DNA of 63,724 nucleotides, filler included, from Octopus bimaculoides (GCF_001194135.2; 9 parts of 6 records of this genome joined end to end with filler, not necessarily neighbours in it), one strand, 5' to 3'; counted from the first letter of the whole stretch, positions 37,208 to 51,109 are shown. Program-made: numbers and translations. Notes: a model not told the origin generated them from the letters alone.

Positions 37208-38823
37208 TCTCACAGATAAAAATCACATGCACGCAGGCTTCAAAATATTCTGAATAGCTTTTCCCCATTTTCTGTAAATTTTAGTGTATTTACGAAATTT
37301 TAAAGTTTATCTTCATGTCTTTGTTTTTTCATTTATTTTATTTCAATTCTTTATTTATTCATTCGTTATTTATTCATTTATTTTCCATGCCATCTCGAGC
37401 TCACATTTCTTAACGGTGCCGCCATTTTAAAACATATTCGAAGGAATGAAGCCTTACTTGGAATTCAACAAATATTTAATAAACAACAATAGACATGAAA
37501 TAAGTTGTAAAAGCATTTTATATTATCTCAACTGAAACCTCCTATGTGCTGCATCAAGTGACGTGATATACACATATGTACATAAATACATATATATGTA
37601 TATTTGTGTGTGGGTGGGTGTATGTATGCATGTATGTATGCATTTATGAATGAATATATATACGTAATATAAGTGTATGTATGTATTTATGTATCCATTT
37701 ATGTATATAAGTGTATGTTTGTATATACATACATACATATACATGCAAATATATGCGTTCATAGGTACATGCATATATATAAAACCTGTCAATCTAACAA
37801 TTCTAACTGTTTACCTATCAACCAAACTATCTGTCTACCTATCTATCTATCTAATGTGGCAAAATTGGTGAGTATGAAAGACGACACCATTTTAAGCATT
37901 AATTTGTAACAAAAAGAGAAAACGAGAGAAAAGGTACTTACTTTTATGTACATTTTGAACTGCCTGAGGTGACCTTGGTGCTTTTTTGTAGGTTTTTCAC
38001 TCCAAGGATACACCTAAACTGTAAACAATATTTATTCCCGTTTTTGGGAAGATTTATAATTTTTGTACACCACACACCCCAACGATTACAATCCCTATTG
38101 ATTTGACTTTTCTTTGTGTGTCCCACCCAGCCCACCTCGAAAATGAAAAACTCTACGCTTGTATNNNNNNNNNNNNNNNNNNNNNNNNNNNNNNNNNNNN
38201 NNNNNNNNNNNNNNNNNNNNNNNNNNNNNNNNNNNNNNNNNNNNNNNNNNNNNNNNNNNNNNNNNNNNNNNNNNNNNNNNNNNNNNNNNNNNNNNNNNNN
38301 NNNNNNNNNNNNNNNNNNNNNNNNNNNNNNNNNNNNNNNNNNNNNNNNNNNNNNNNNNNNNNNNNNNNNNNNNNNNNNNNNNNNNNNNNNNNNNNNNNNN
38401 NNNNNNNNNNNNNNNNNNNNNNNNNNNNNNNNNNNNNNNNNNNNNNNNNNNNNNNNNNNNNNNNNNNNNNNNNNNNNNNNNNNNNNNNNNNNNNNNNNNN
38501 NNNNNNNNNNNNNNNNNNNNNNNNNNNNNNNNNNNNNNNNNNNNNNNNNNNNNNNNNNNNNNNNNNNNNNNNNNNNNNNNNNNNNNNNNNNNNNNNNNNN
38601 NNNNNNNNNNNNNNNNNNNNNNNNNNNNNNNNNNNNNNNNNNNNNNNNNNNNNNNNNNNNNNNNNNNNNNNNNNNNNNNNNNNNNNNNNNNNNNNNNNNN
38701 NNNNNNNNNNNNNNNNNNNNNNNNNNNNNTTTACCGAAAAAGGTTTTTTTCATACTGAGCTACCCGGCAGAATCGTTAATTATTAATTTTATTACTAATT
38801 GATGATTCCCTGCCCTGCATATC

Positions 38824-38855
<32 letters not shown>

Positions 38856-38857
<2 letters not shown>

Positions 38858-39400
38858 GGGTGCAGTGTATAAACTGTCGACTAAATTACGGAAAAAGGAA
38901 AATAACACAGATACCTCATCTTGACAGATATATTTACCAAAATTACATAAAGATATCTTGAAATACTAAAGAATAAATGTATTCAATAAAATCGCATTGA
39001 CTTCGACCACGACCTCCAGAATCTCCTGCAACTCATCTGGGCGATCTCCTTGTTTAAGTTGGTGAATGCTGCCATAATACTTACCTTCAGTTCATCTTTG
39101 AACTGAAGACATAGGGTCTTCCAGTAGCCACCCTCTTAATCCAGGGCAGCCTCTTCCAGGCATTTGATCTAAGCCTTCGTGTTGAGTGTGAGGCCGTGTG
39201 GGAAGATGAATGTAGGCATAACGTCGCCATCACTAGTGATCACTCCACCACCATGATGTTGACTGGTTGTTTGATTTTTATCACCCTCGGTACATGTCCT
39301 CAGATTGACACCCTAACACTCTGAAATGTTCGTATTGGAGTTTCCAGCGCAAATGCCAAGCAGTACAGCATGCCGTTTCCAAATTTCTGGCAGAGTGAAT
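38856..39400 (-). mobile_element. Tc1/mariner DD37D (maT-like) relic, internally deleted
   Basis: Minus GVITSDGDVMPTFIFPHGLTLNTKA*IKCLEE..PWIKRVATGRPYV; terminus CAGGGTGCAGTG at 38856. Confidence 0.75.
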
Positions 39401-41012
39401 TGCGTCATGGTGCTGTTTTTCTCACAGACCGTGCCCAACTGACCCTACTATACTGTGTAGTCGACAAAGTCAGAAACAAGCAATGCGCATGCGTAAAANN
39501 NNNNNNNNNNNNNNNNNNNNNNNNNNNNNNNNNNNNNNNNNNNNNNNNNNNNNNNNNNNNNNNNNNNNNNNNNNNNNNNNNNNNNNNNNNNNNNNNNNNN
39601 NNNNNNNNNNNNNNNNNNNNNNNNNNNNNNNNNNNNNNNNNNNNNNNNNNNNNNNNNNNNNNNNNNNNNNNNNNNNNNNNNNNNNNNNNNNNNNNNNNNN
39701 NNNNNNNNNNNNNNNNNNNNNNNNNNNNNNNNNNNNNNNNNNNNNNNNNNNNNNNNNNNNNNNNNNNNNNNNNNNNNNNNNNNNNNNNNNNNNNNNNNNN
39801 NNNNNNNNNNNNNNNNNNNNNNNNNNNNNNNNNNNNNNNNNNNNNNNNNNNNNNNNNNNNNNNNNNNNNNNNNNNNNNNNNNNNNNNNNNNNNNNNNNNN
39901 NNNNNAAACACACCACCATCGGTTGTCAAGCGATGGTGGGGGGACAAATACATACACATAAACGCACACATATATATATATACACATATATACGACGGGC
40001 TTCTTTCAGTTTCCGTCCACCAAATCCACTCACAAGGCTTTGGTCTGCCCGAGGCTATAGTAGAAGACACTTGCCCAAGGTGCCATGCAGTGGGACTGAA
40101 CCCGGAACCATGTAGCTGGTAAGCAAGCTACTTACCACACAGCCACTCCTGCGCCTATATATAGATATATAGATATATATATATATATTACTCACATACA
40201 TATGAGGATGGATACGGCTAATGGTTTATCGTTTTATCAATTATCACCATGGTTCGGATCAGTGGACAGCGAGTGTTGGCTATTGAAACATTTATCAAGA
40301 AATGGTAAAACTGAGTTTTTCTACTGCACCCTGTATTGATATCGTAGAGACCATGCTTTCGATAAAAATCTTATTGTGAGTTTGTGATTAGGAAGACGAC
40401 CATAACAATTTCAAGTCTTCATTGACCTTCTTTCAGACTACTATATCTAACACAAGATATGTAAATGAGATGCAGAGCCTTACAAATATTCTATAAAGCC
40501 AAAGGGGTTTTTCCTGTTTCTATTCCGGTCGTAATAGACAGAGCGAATAAATCCTCAGTTTCTCATAATTGAGCTCTTCAAGGCCTCTTTTGAGAACGTT
40601 TGCGTCTTTTTCTATAATTCAAAATCGTGTGTGTGTGTGAGTATGTGTGTGTGTGAGTATGTGTGTGTGTGAGTATNNNNNNNNNNNNNNNNNNNNNNNN
40701 NNNNNNNNNNNNNNNNNNNNNNNNNNNNNNNNNNNNNNNNNNNNNNNNNNNNNNNNNNNNNNNNNNNNNNNNNNNNTGTGTATGTATGTATCTGTGTGTG
40801 TGTGTTTATGTAAAGAACTTTTAAGTTCTTCAAAAGACTATTGATAGGATTATTTCTGCGAGCTTAGATGAAACGAGTCTTCAGTATTTGGGACGGAAAC
40901 CATGAATAATTATATGAAGCTACCCTGAGATAAAAAGACCACATCTCCCTTGATTCGTTTATAAATAAACTGGTTCAATCTCAAATCCATGGTTATATAA
41001 TTCTCTCTCTCT

Positions 41013-41046
<34 letters not shown>

Positions 41047-41442
41047 AATAGTTTCTTCAAATAACATTTGAATGTTTCGCCTTTTTCCATATAATATTGC
41101 CTGAAAGATATTGTGTTTATCGTATTTTTAAAGTCTGTTCCAGGTTTCCAGGTTTTAAAGTACAGTTTATGCAGCTAGAAGATTTTTCATCACCTTTTAT
41201 ATAGAAACAGTCAACTCTATCTTTAAAAGCACACCTTTAATTTCTTTCTATATAATAACAATTATATGTTGTGCTATTTAAGCTTAAGCATCTGACCAGA
41301 TTTTTGTACTCGATAGTGGACAGATATAGATATCTTATGTCATTTCTATTAGAGAACCAGTAGCAATCACATTTCAGAAACCGTTCATCTCTTAGAAGGA
41401 AGTAGCTTCCTATAACACTTGTTTTACATTGATATAAAATTA

Positions 41443-41473
<31 letters not shown>

Positions 41474-41747
41474 NNNNNNNNNNNNNNNNNNNNNNNNNNN
41501 NNNNNNNNNNNNNNNNNTTAATTAATTAANNNNNNNNNNNNNNNNNNNNNNNNNNNNNNNNNNNNNNNNNNNNGCACCCACTACACTCTCTGAGTGGTTG
41601 GCGTTAGGAAGGGCATCCAGCTGTAGAAACTCTGCCAAATCAGACTGGAGCCTGGTGTTGCCATCCGGTTTCACCAGTCCTCAGTCAAATCGTCCAACCC
41701 ATGCTAGCATGGAAAGCGGACGTTAAACGATGATGATGATGATGATG

Positions 41748-41778
<31 letters not shown>

Positions 41779-44700
41779 TTATATATATATATACACACAT
41801 GCACACGTATATACATACATATAAAATATTTATGTAAGAAGGGGAGTCCCTGAAATGTTCAATTAAGTGACCTCTAAGCTAAATTGACCATCTGCATAGA
41901 CGAAAAAGTCCAATTACTATTCATTTTATTATATACACGTGACACACATACACACACACACACTCTCTAACATGGCACCAGCACGGGTGTTATTTATGTG
42001 ACACCAGCACAGTGCTGGTGCCACAAGGGTGTTCTTAATGTGGCACCAGCACTTGCACTTTTCAGTACGCACATATATGATGAACCTAGGGTGAAACCAT
42101 CCTCATCACCAACATCAATACAACCAGCAACAAACAGCAAAAAGAGTAAAACAGTCTTAACAAGAGAGAGAGAGAGTGAGCGAAGAGGTACAGCAATATC
42201 AATTAGAACCACAATTGAAAGTGAGGAGGTGAGAGAGTCTGAGAGATGAAAATGTGAACGATATACTTTCATTGCATTTCCTTCTCCAATGTCAAATCTA
42301 TTTCAATCACACAAAAGCCATTGGCATCTCTTGCTCGTTTCTTGCATTTATTTATTTAGTTTCAATTTCAAAAACAATGATTACCCCACCCCTCTCCTTC
42401 CTCACCCTTAAACCCTCTCACTATTTCTCTCTCTCTCTCTCTCTCTCTTTCATACTATGTATATTCATGTGTAGCTCTCTCTCTCCACCCACCCACCCCC
42501 GGCTTGTGCCCCTTTCTTCAATCGTGACATCATGAGATTTGGTGTAAAAAAAATGATTAGCTTTACTGTAAAAATTGTTTATATTCTTTAATATTTTCAA
42601 TTTCTTTGAATGTTTCAAACACACACACACACACACATTCATAAACATATACATATAAATTTACATGAGTGCATGTGTGTGTATGTAAATATATATACAT
42701 ATACAAACACATAAATATACATACATACACACACACATACATATACATACATGCATATACATACATAAAAGCACCATCCGAGCGTGATCATTGCCAGGCC
42801 GCTGACTGGATCCTGTGCCGGTAGCACGTAAAAAGCACCATTTGAGCCAACGTTGCCTTACTGGCACTGTGCCAGTGGCACGTGAAAAGCAACATTTGAG
42901 CATGGTCATTACCAGTGCCACTGGACTGGCTCCCGTGCAGGTGGCACATAAAAAACACCTTTTAAGCATGATCGCTGCCAATGCTGCTTGACTGGCCCTC
43001 ACACATAAAAGCACCCACTCCACTCTCGGAGGGGTTGGCGTCAGGAAGGGCATCCAGCTGTAGAAACCTTGCCAGATTAGATTGGAGTCTGGTGTAGCCA
43101 TCTTGTTCGCCAGTCTTCACTCAAACCGTCCAACCCATGCCAGTGTGGAAAGCAGACCTTAAACGATGACGATGATGATGATGAACACATGCACACATGA
43201 ATGTTTCTTATTTCTCACTCAAATCTGATAAAGCCTTCACCCAAAATGTCAATCTGCTTTTCCATTTTACAACATTCAATTCACTGAGAGCAACTTTTTT
43301 TTTAATGGTAATTTTTTTGTTTATATTTTGTCCACCAGCTTTTGATGGGGGAGCAAAACATTTACTTGTCTACGTGTTATGTTCCACGTTGTCTAACTGT
43401 GCATCTTTAACTGCCCTCATTCCATTTGTGCTATTTTATCTATCTATCTGTCTATATATATATATATATGCAGGAGTGGTTGTATGATAAGTAGCTTGCT
43501 CACCAACCACATGGTTCTGGGTTCAGTCCCGCTGCATGGCACCTTGGGCAAGTGTCTTCTACTATAGCCTCGGGCCTACCAAAGTCTTGTGAGTGGATTT
43601 GGTAGACAGACACTGAAAGAAGCACGTTATTCCACCCATGCTAGCATGGAATGTGGATGTTAAACGATAATGATGATGACTGGAATCAATAATTAGAAGA
43701 CAACTAGCATAATAACTGTATAGTTCTTAATCTATTTCCAATACTGTAACGATGGAAGCTGTAATAGTCAGCCATAAAATACGAGATAAGCAATAATGAA
43801 GAAACTGACAATTTACTTAAAAATCGTCAAACATGTTCTGAACGCAAACAGATCAATGAATAGAGATGTGTTTAAATATATTAAACAGTTTTTAGTGTCT
43901 TTTATCCAACAAGAATAATCTTATGGTTTGACAAATGAACAGCTTATAAACATTACTGAATGGAAACAGGAAGATCTTCGACAAATGGTTTACAGGAAGT
44001 TGGAACAAGACCGGAAATCAACCAGTTCCGAACAATAAGTAAATGAATAAATATATAAAAACAACCATTTCTTATATTTGTCTTTGGACGAAGACATTTT
44101 GTAGATTAGCTGTTTGGATATAAAAGAGATAGTATGAGGAATTGATTCCAAGTTGATCTGTAAATGGTGCCATTGTTGTGTGTCTGCAAGAATTAGCCAA
44201 AGCTAAAAATAGCTTCTTCTGAAAGGAAATACTTTTTGCAACAATCCCAGAAAAAGAAAAGACAAAATGGACATTGGTCAGTTTTGGATTTGGGTTAAGA
44301 TCAAAGAGCAGTTTGAATTAATGTATTCACTGGAGATGGCGCTACATGTAAAGCACCTAATACATTCTGTAAAATGGTTGGCATTAGGAAGAGCATCCAA
44401 CTGTAGACACCATGCTGAAACAGACAAATGGAACCTGGTGCAGCCCTCCAGCCTTCCCAGTTCCTACCAAACCGTCCAACCCATGCAGTTTGGGAAAAGG
44501 ATATTAAATGATGATGATGATGATGATGATGAAGATGATGAAGGTATTTAAGTCTAATACTTATTCTGTTGTCCCTTTTTGCCTAACTGCAGTTAAGAGG
44601 GATAGGAAGAAACCAGTTGCCAAGCACTGGAGAGGGGTCACACACACACACACACATATAACTGGTATTCTGTTGCTTATGATGACAAGTGTTCCAGTTG

Positions 44701-45559
44701 TTGTGATCACCGGAACAGCATCCTCATGAAATTAATGGGGAAGTGGCTGAGCACTCCACAGACATGCATAACTGTAAAGTGGTTCTCATGGAGATTCAGC
44801 ATGACACAGGATGTAACAAGGCTGGCCCTTTGAATTTTGGCTGGACCAGGGTTATAGTAGAAGGCACTTGCTCAAGGTGCCATGCAGTGGGACTGAACCT
44901 GGAACCAGGTCATCGCAAAGTGAGCTTCTTAACAATCACCTCTACAATCATTATCATTACGATATCTAAAATTAGGAAAGGCATCCAGAAGTAAAAATCC
45001 TGTCAAAACAGATACAGAAGTCTGGTGCAGGCTTCTGCCTGGCAAACCGTTCCACCCATGCCATGATGATGATGGTTGGTTGTGTACATGTGAGTGTATT
45101 TGGTAGATGGAAACTGAAAGAAGCCCGCTGTATACGTGTGTGTCTGTGTGTGTGTATTTGTGGCTGTGTTTGTCCCCATCGCCATCGCTTGACAACCGAT
45201 GTTGGTGTGTTTACGTGACCATAACTTAGCAGTTCGGTAAAAGAGACCGATAGGCTTACAAAGAACAAGTCCTGAGGTCAATTTGTTCAACTAAAACCCT
45301 TTCAGGTGGTGCTCCAGCATGGCTGCACTCAAATGATAGAAACAAGTAAAAGAATTGGCTGTATAGTTATATATTTTCTCAATAACATTCCCTGGGGTCC
45401 ATCAATGCAGTAAGGTTTGTCATCCAAGGCTGGGGTTCACCTCCTTTTGTTAACTCTTTGCCTGATTGCACAGAGAAACTCTGAGTATCATCCCAGTGAA
45501 TTAGGTTTTCAATGTCTCCCATCATCATCATCATCATCATCGTCATTGCTGTTTTATCG

Positions 45560-45778
45560 ACTTGGCATTTAAACCGGATATATCCAGCTGAAATATTCTA
45601 CCTGTTTTATGTTCAAACTGGCCAGGTCTGACTTCTCACACCTATCCTGCAATGTCATTCTAAAAATAAACAACCGCATCATGAAAATCTTAAAGCAATG
45701 AGATAATCCATGATTAATTCAAAGCAATGTGAATAAATAAGCTTCACATTTGTCAGAGTAATCTCAATGCTTAAAGGG
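45560..45778. mobile_element. piggyBac-type MITE copy
   Basis: Same internal sequence as 8120-8334; ends aatgcttaaaggg|ttaa. Confidence 0.7.
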
Positions 45779-46744
45779 TTAAAATAGGGTGCACATGAGC
45801 CCGTGAGAGAGCTTATAGTCACCTAACCTTACACAATGTGAAAGCCAAATCTTTCCTCAAAAAGTTCCTTACTCTCTTTAACTCTTCAGGATTTAAACTG
45901 GCCATTAGCACAAGGCCCAAAATTTTTGAGGATGGGGTCAGTCGATTAGATCGACCCCGGTACACAACTGGTACTTAATTTATCAACCACGGTACACAAC
46001 TGGTACTTAATTTATCAACTCCGAAAGGATGACAGGCAAAGTCAACCTCGGCGGAATTTGAACTCAGAATGTAAAGACAGACGAAATACCACTAAGCATT
46101 TTGCCTGGTGTGCTAACGATTTTACCAGCTCACTGCCTACAATATATATTATATATGCAATTAACATCATCATCATCATCATCATTTAATGTGTTTTCCA
46201 TGCTGGCATGGGTTGGACGGTTTGACAGGAACTGGCTAGGCAGAAGACTGCACCAGGCTTTAGTATCTGTTTTGGCAGGGTCTTTACAGCTGGATGCCCT
46301 TCCTAACACCAACCACTCCAAAGAATGGCAACCACCCAAGAAAGTATTTTTTTTTATTGCGTTTGCAATATATTTTTAATACATGGACTTATATATATAG
46401 ATGCACATAAAAAAAGTGTGTGTGTGTGATATAGATGCACATAAAAGTGTGTGTGTGTGTGTGTGTGTGTGTGATATAGATGCACATAAATGTGTGTATC
46501 TGTGTGTGTGTGTGTGCGTGTGTTAGCCTCGGCCAATTTTTATTGAATTTGTATAAATGAAGATTTAGAGAAGAACGAGAGGAATCGATATTAATTCAAA
46601 CTTGTCTGATATGTGGCTGGATACAGACACACATCCAGACATACACACACATCAATAGCTACGTTGTGCCGATGTATAAATGCATGCATTAATATTACAG
46701 CTGTTGAGAGAAACACACTTATACAAACACAACTGTATACATAT

Positions 46745-46786
<42 letters not shown>

Positions 46787-47039
46787 CAACAATAACAACA
46801 TACACACAATTACATATACACTTATGTACACCCACACACATACACACTCCATCGTTTTAATATCCACTCTTCTTCAATGCTTGCACGGATCGGAGTTTAT
46901 TGGTGCAGACGTTCTGTAGCTTGATGCCCTTCATGTTGCCAACCCACATCTGGTTCCAAGCAATATTTCCTCCATGGTTAGTCATGTATCCATGGAGAAC
47001 TGGAAATGAATGCATGGACAGATATATAGACAGTGATAT

Positions 47040-47320
47040 ATAGACAGCTAGACAGAGATGTAGACAGACAGGCAAACAGTTAGACAGAGAGAGACAGACA
47101 AACAAGTAGACAGAGAACAAGTAGACAGACAGACGGACACAGAAACAGACAGGCAGACAAACAAATAGACAGACAAGCAGACAGACAGACAGACAAATAG
47201 ACAGACAGACGGAATGACTGACAGAATGAATGACAAACAATGACAGAGGCAGATATACAGAAAGATAGACAGAAAAACAGATAGATAGCTAGACAGAGAT
47301 AGATAGATAAATAGATAGAG
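47040..47320. repeat. Degenerate (GACA)/(GATA) tetranucleotide array
   Basis: agacagacag/agatagatag runs; similar arrays at 9997-10045, 31465-31525 and 58210-58320. Confidence 0.9.
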
Positions 47321-47322
47321 AA

Positions 47323-47788
47323 CTTTCTTTATTAGCCACACAGGGCCGAACATAGAAGGGACAAAATAGAATGTAGAGCTTTCCTTTTCGAAAGAAAAAG
47401 GAAGGAAATAGAAAAAGAAGGGAGGAAAAACTTCCAATCAAAAGGGATCGTGTAAAAAAAAGAAATCCGGTGTATCTCGAACCATGCCTGTTAGAGCTTA
47501 TCCCGAACGGGCAATGATTCCCGATAGCACTGCCAGGCCAAGGATTTCTGGTGATTGTCCATTGGTCCCGGCCCGAAAGGTGTTCTGGACAGGTGGGTCA
47601 GGTGTTCCCCGTCGACGTCCAGATTCTCACCGACAATGTCGTCGCACCTCCCCTCCACTAATCCTCTATAGAACACCTTCGTGGAATTGAAGTCGCACAA
47701 GTTTGGTTCCGGACGGCAGAGTTGCTTAATAGCAAGGCGGCACTCGCGGTGCCATTCGCTTAGCCTCGGTCTCTGTTTGATCCACGAC
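47323..47788 (-). mobile_element. L1/Tx1-like LINE 3' fragment with internal deletion
   Basis: Minus NHQKSLAWQCYRESLPVRDKL (zf-RVT-like region) joined to a pyrimidine-rich UTR ending tgtcccttctatgttcggccctgtgtggctaataaagaaag. Confidence 0.8.
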
Positions 47789-48065
47789 NNNNNNNNNNNN
47801 NNNNNNNNNNNNNNNNNNNNNNNNNNNNNNNNTTAATTAATTAANNNNNNNNNNNNNNNNNNNNNNNNNNNNNNNNNNNNNNNNNNNNTATATATATATA
47901 CGAGCTTCCACACAGTTTCTGTCTACCAAATTCACCTACGAGGTCCGGGCTATAGTAAAAGACACTTGACCAAGGTGCCGCGCAGTGGGACTGAACTCAA
48001 AACCAACTGGCTGCGAAACTAGCTTTTTTTAATTACATGACCATGCCAGCGTCTATAAGAAGATC

Positions 48066-48177
48066 TACTCTTGATGAGACCGGAACTCACAACCTCCGTA
48101 TATCTTCTGACTTGTAAATAACACAATGCTGGTACTGTCTACAAGTACGGCACGCTAACCAGCTGTGTCACCGGGAA
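48066..48177 (-). pseudogene. Intron-containing tRNA-Ile(UAU)-like pseudogene with TGT anticodon
   Basis: ttcccggtgacacagctggttagcgtgccgta-cttgta-[38 nt]-atacggaggttgtgagttccggtctcatcaagagta; anticodon stem ccgta/tacgg perfect, T stem gtgag/ctcat, acceptor stem broken. Confidence 0.7.
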
Positions 48178-48483
48178 ATGTAGGACAACTTAATAAATTA
48201 AACGAATAAATTACAGCAAATAAGCGAAACTGCCAAAAAACAATAATAATAATAATATTGTACTCAGTTAATAAGTTCATAAATACGTCTATATATTTTT
48301 ATGCCACCGCTACTCTCAGTGAAACGCCTCGCCCTTCAATTGAAAGCGAAACAAATTGCTTTCATTAAAAATATAAAGCAATATTAATTTCTAATGTGAA
48401 ATGCACGAGTCAGTTTTTAAAGTTACTACCGTATCCCAGGTAAAAGACCACTAACTCATGCGGTTAGTCTAGTCTTTTTCATT

Positions 48484-49040
48484 GCTGCCCTCGCCGCATC
48501 TCCTCGGAGAAGCTAAAGGTGGCCAAGGCGGAATTTAACCACATGCTCCAGTTGGGCATCATCCACCCCTCTAATAGCCCCTGGGCGTCGTCCTTGCACT
48601 TGGTTCCAAAGCGTTCCGGGGACTGTCAGTCCACTGGTGGCTACAAGAGGTTAAACTCCATCACGATGCCAGACAGTTACCCAATACCAAATATGCAAGA
48701 TTTTGCGTCATTTCTCCACAACTGCAGGGTATTCACCAAACTGGACTTGGTTAAGGCATACCATCAGATTCCTGTGAATCCAGAGGATATTCCAAAGGCT
48801 GCCGTAACCACTCCTTTTGGCGCCTTCGAATTCCTAACTATGCCATTTGGTTTACGGAATTCAGCCAGCACATTTCAAAGGTTCATAGACGAAGTCATCC
48901 GAGACTTAGACTTCGTCTATGCGTACATCGACGACATCTTGATAGCTAGCGCCTCACCTGAGGAACATCTCCATTATCTACGTCAGCTGTTCGAGCAGTT
49001 CAAGACTTACCAAGTGCGGATCAACCCTACCAAATGTGTT
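48484..49040 (+). mobile_element. Ty3/Gypsy LTR-retrotransposon RT fragment
   Basis: SPWAS..HLVPK, KLDLVKAYHQIPV, PFGAFEFLTMPFGLRNSASTFQRFID and YIDDILIAS; no LTR, protease or integrase nearby. Confidence 0.92.
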
Positions 49041-49776
49041 GACTTGATGGTCAATGTTTTAGTAAGATGAAATATTTCAATTTTAAGAATATCGGAAATC
49101 AATTTTGTAATTAGAAATTATACTAAAATTAAGTTGTAAAAGTTTATATTGACAGAGATAGCTTCTTAACTTGTACATTTGGAATATTAAAAGATGTCGA
49201 TATTATCTGACTAATCGAATCTTCAATGATGTTTCTATCGACGGCATTAAAATTAATTTGTAGCTTCTAGTGCTGTAAATACTAATGTTGTCTAAAGTTA
49301 CAATTAGAACCGCTCCTACATAATATTCGCGTTTGAAAGAAAATGAGCACAAAGCACCAGAGAATCATAGCCCTAGGCCAACGAATCACTAAGAACGTTC
49401 ACGTAATTTGTCGTTATATGCAGCCATTCTAATGGTTTAAACGTTTTACTTCGCTGGTTATATGTGTCGACGTTTGTTTGCACATCGAATAAAGAATGTG
49501 ATAATTACTTCTGAATGAATTAATAAAGAGATTTGTTCGCTATTTTTGTTTGGATAGTGATTTGAATTGAAATGAAAATTTCCATGTCTGACATCAAGTT
49601 TGTTGATATTTTATTTAGATTGTGACTCAAACACAAACAGTACCGTCAATCAAGCGTTGTGTGATACGCTTGTGGTAATTTGTTTAAAGAATAATAATTT
49701 ATCATCATTATAAATATTCCTGGAGTAGCAGGACTGATAATAAATTGATTCGATAATCAACCCTGGTAATAGATTG

Positions 49777-49878
<102 letters not shown>

Positions 49879-49894
49879 TAATAATAATAATAAT

Positions 49895-50234
49895 AACAAG
49901 AGCACTCAGAGAGTACAAACCTCCACCAAAGCAACACCAACGTTCTCTCAACGATTAACCGGAGATGATTTTTAAAATGAGAATATTTGAAATAAATTCG
50001 ACTGCTCTCACAAACGAGAATACTAAAAATGAACCCGACCGCTCTCAAAAATTAAGTTAAGAAACCGGATAAATAATCCAGAATGCTTGTCCGATACTGA
50101 ATCGATCCCAAAATCTAACCAGTTCGTGTCAGTCATGAGGCCAGACATCCCTGAAAGTTTCATCCGAATCAATCCAGCGGTTCTTGAGATATATTGTCCA
50201 CGGACAAACAAACATCCGCCTTCGCTAAGGTGGG

Positions 50235-50238
<4 letters not shown>
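49895..50238. mobile_element. HINE/DINE-1-like (Helentron-associated) non-autonomous element in (TAA)n
   Basis: Subterminal inverted acctccacc (about 49919) / ggtgggggt (about 50229); terminal hairpin ccgcctt-cgct-aaggtgg; internal gaaagtttcatccgaatcaatcc motif. Confidence 0.55.
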
Positions 50239-50286
<48 letters not shown>

Positions 50287-50769
50287 GCCCGGATGCAGTA
50301 CCAAGCAGTGGCTCTCATGGCTTCTGATCTTAATTGATTGGAAGTGTTATCATGTACAGTGTTTTGTCTTGGTATAAAAGATGGGCTACAGCAAATATTC
50401 TGCTTAATACCACAGATTTGCTTGTCAGTTGTTTGACCTTAACCAGTTGAGCATGTCCTTGGTGGCTAACGATATGTGCATCTCTGATCATGAGCAAAAT
50501 TTGTGGGGGTGCATCATAGCCATGTGTTGAGAGGAGGAGGAGGAGGAGGAGGATGACGATGATGATGATGATGATGATGATGATTGATGGTGATTGATGG
50601 TGATTGATGGNNNNNNNNNNNNNNNNNNNNNNNNNNNNNNNNNNNNNNNNNNNNTTAATTAATTAANNNNNNNNNNNNNNNNNNNNNNNNNNNNNNNNNN
50701 NNNNNNNNNNTATATATATATATATATGAAGTGAATAATTGTTTCCATAAAGCGTCTGCTTTATGGAAT

Positions 50770-50885
50770 AAAGCATAGCAGAGCAGGCAAGGACCCTTAA
50801 AGATTCATCGGACCCAGAATCTCTCTTAAATTCAAGACATGAGATCTATATGCCCTGCCCTCATCTCAAATACTACCTGCTGTAG
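50770..50885 (+). mobile_element. Penelope-like element ORF C-terminus (decayed)
   Basis: SIAEQAR..SSDPESLLNSRHEIYMPCPHLKYYLL* resembles the LLNxRxE..CxH..LL end that follows GIY-YIG in Penelope-like elements. Confidence 0.6.
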
Positions 50886-51109
50886 GCATGAGATTCTTTG
50901 TTTGTTGATAAGAACGATAAAAAGTGCTTGCAGACTGGAACCAGCCTCAGGCTTTAGGTCCATAAGATTTGCCTGTCAGACTGGTCTAAGGGAGATAGCT
51001 CATTCCATTTAACGCTCAAGCACCATATATTATGCTTTTGTTAAGAAATTAACTGATAGTAATGATTTTCTACCTCCAGTTCGAAAAGAAGTTATAAACC
51101 CTCTGCTAT

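Noticed and set aside
40555-40900. Hammerhead-like words (ttgaagagctc..gagaaac on minus; gaaacgagtc on plus) and an LPFLD-like peptide near 40300
   Set aside because: Cores are incomplete, no stem I, and the strand evidence conflicts
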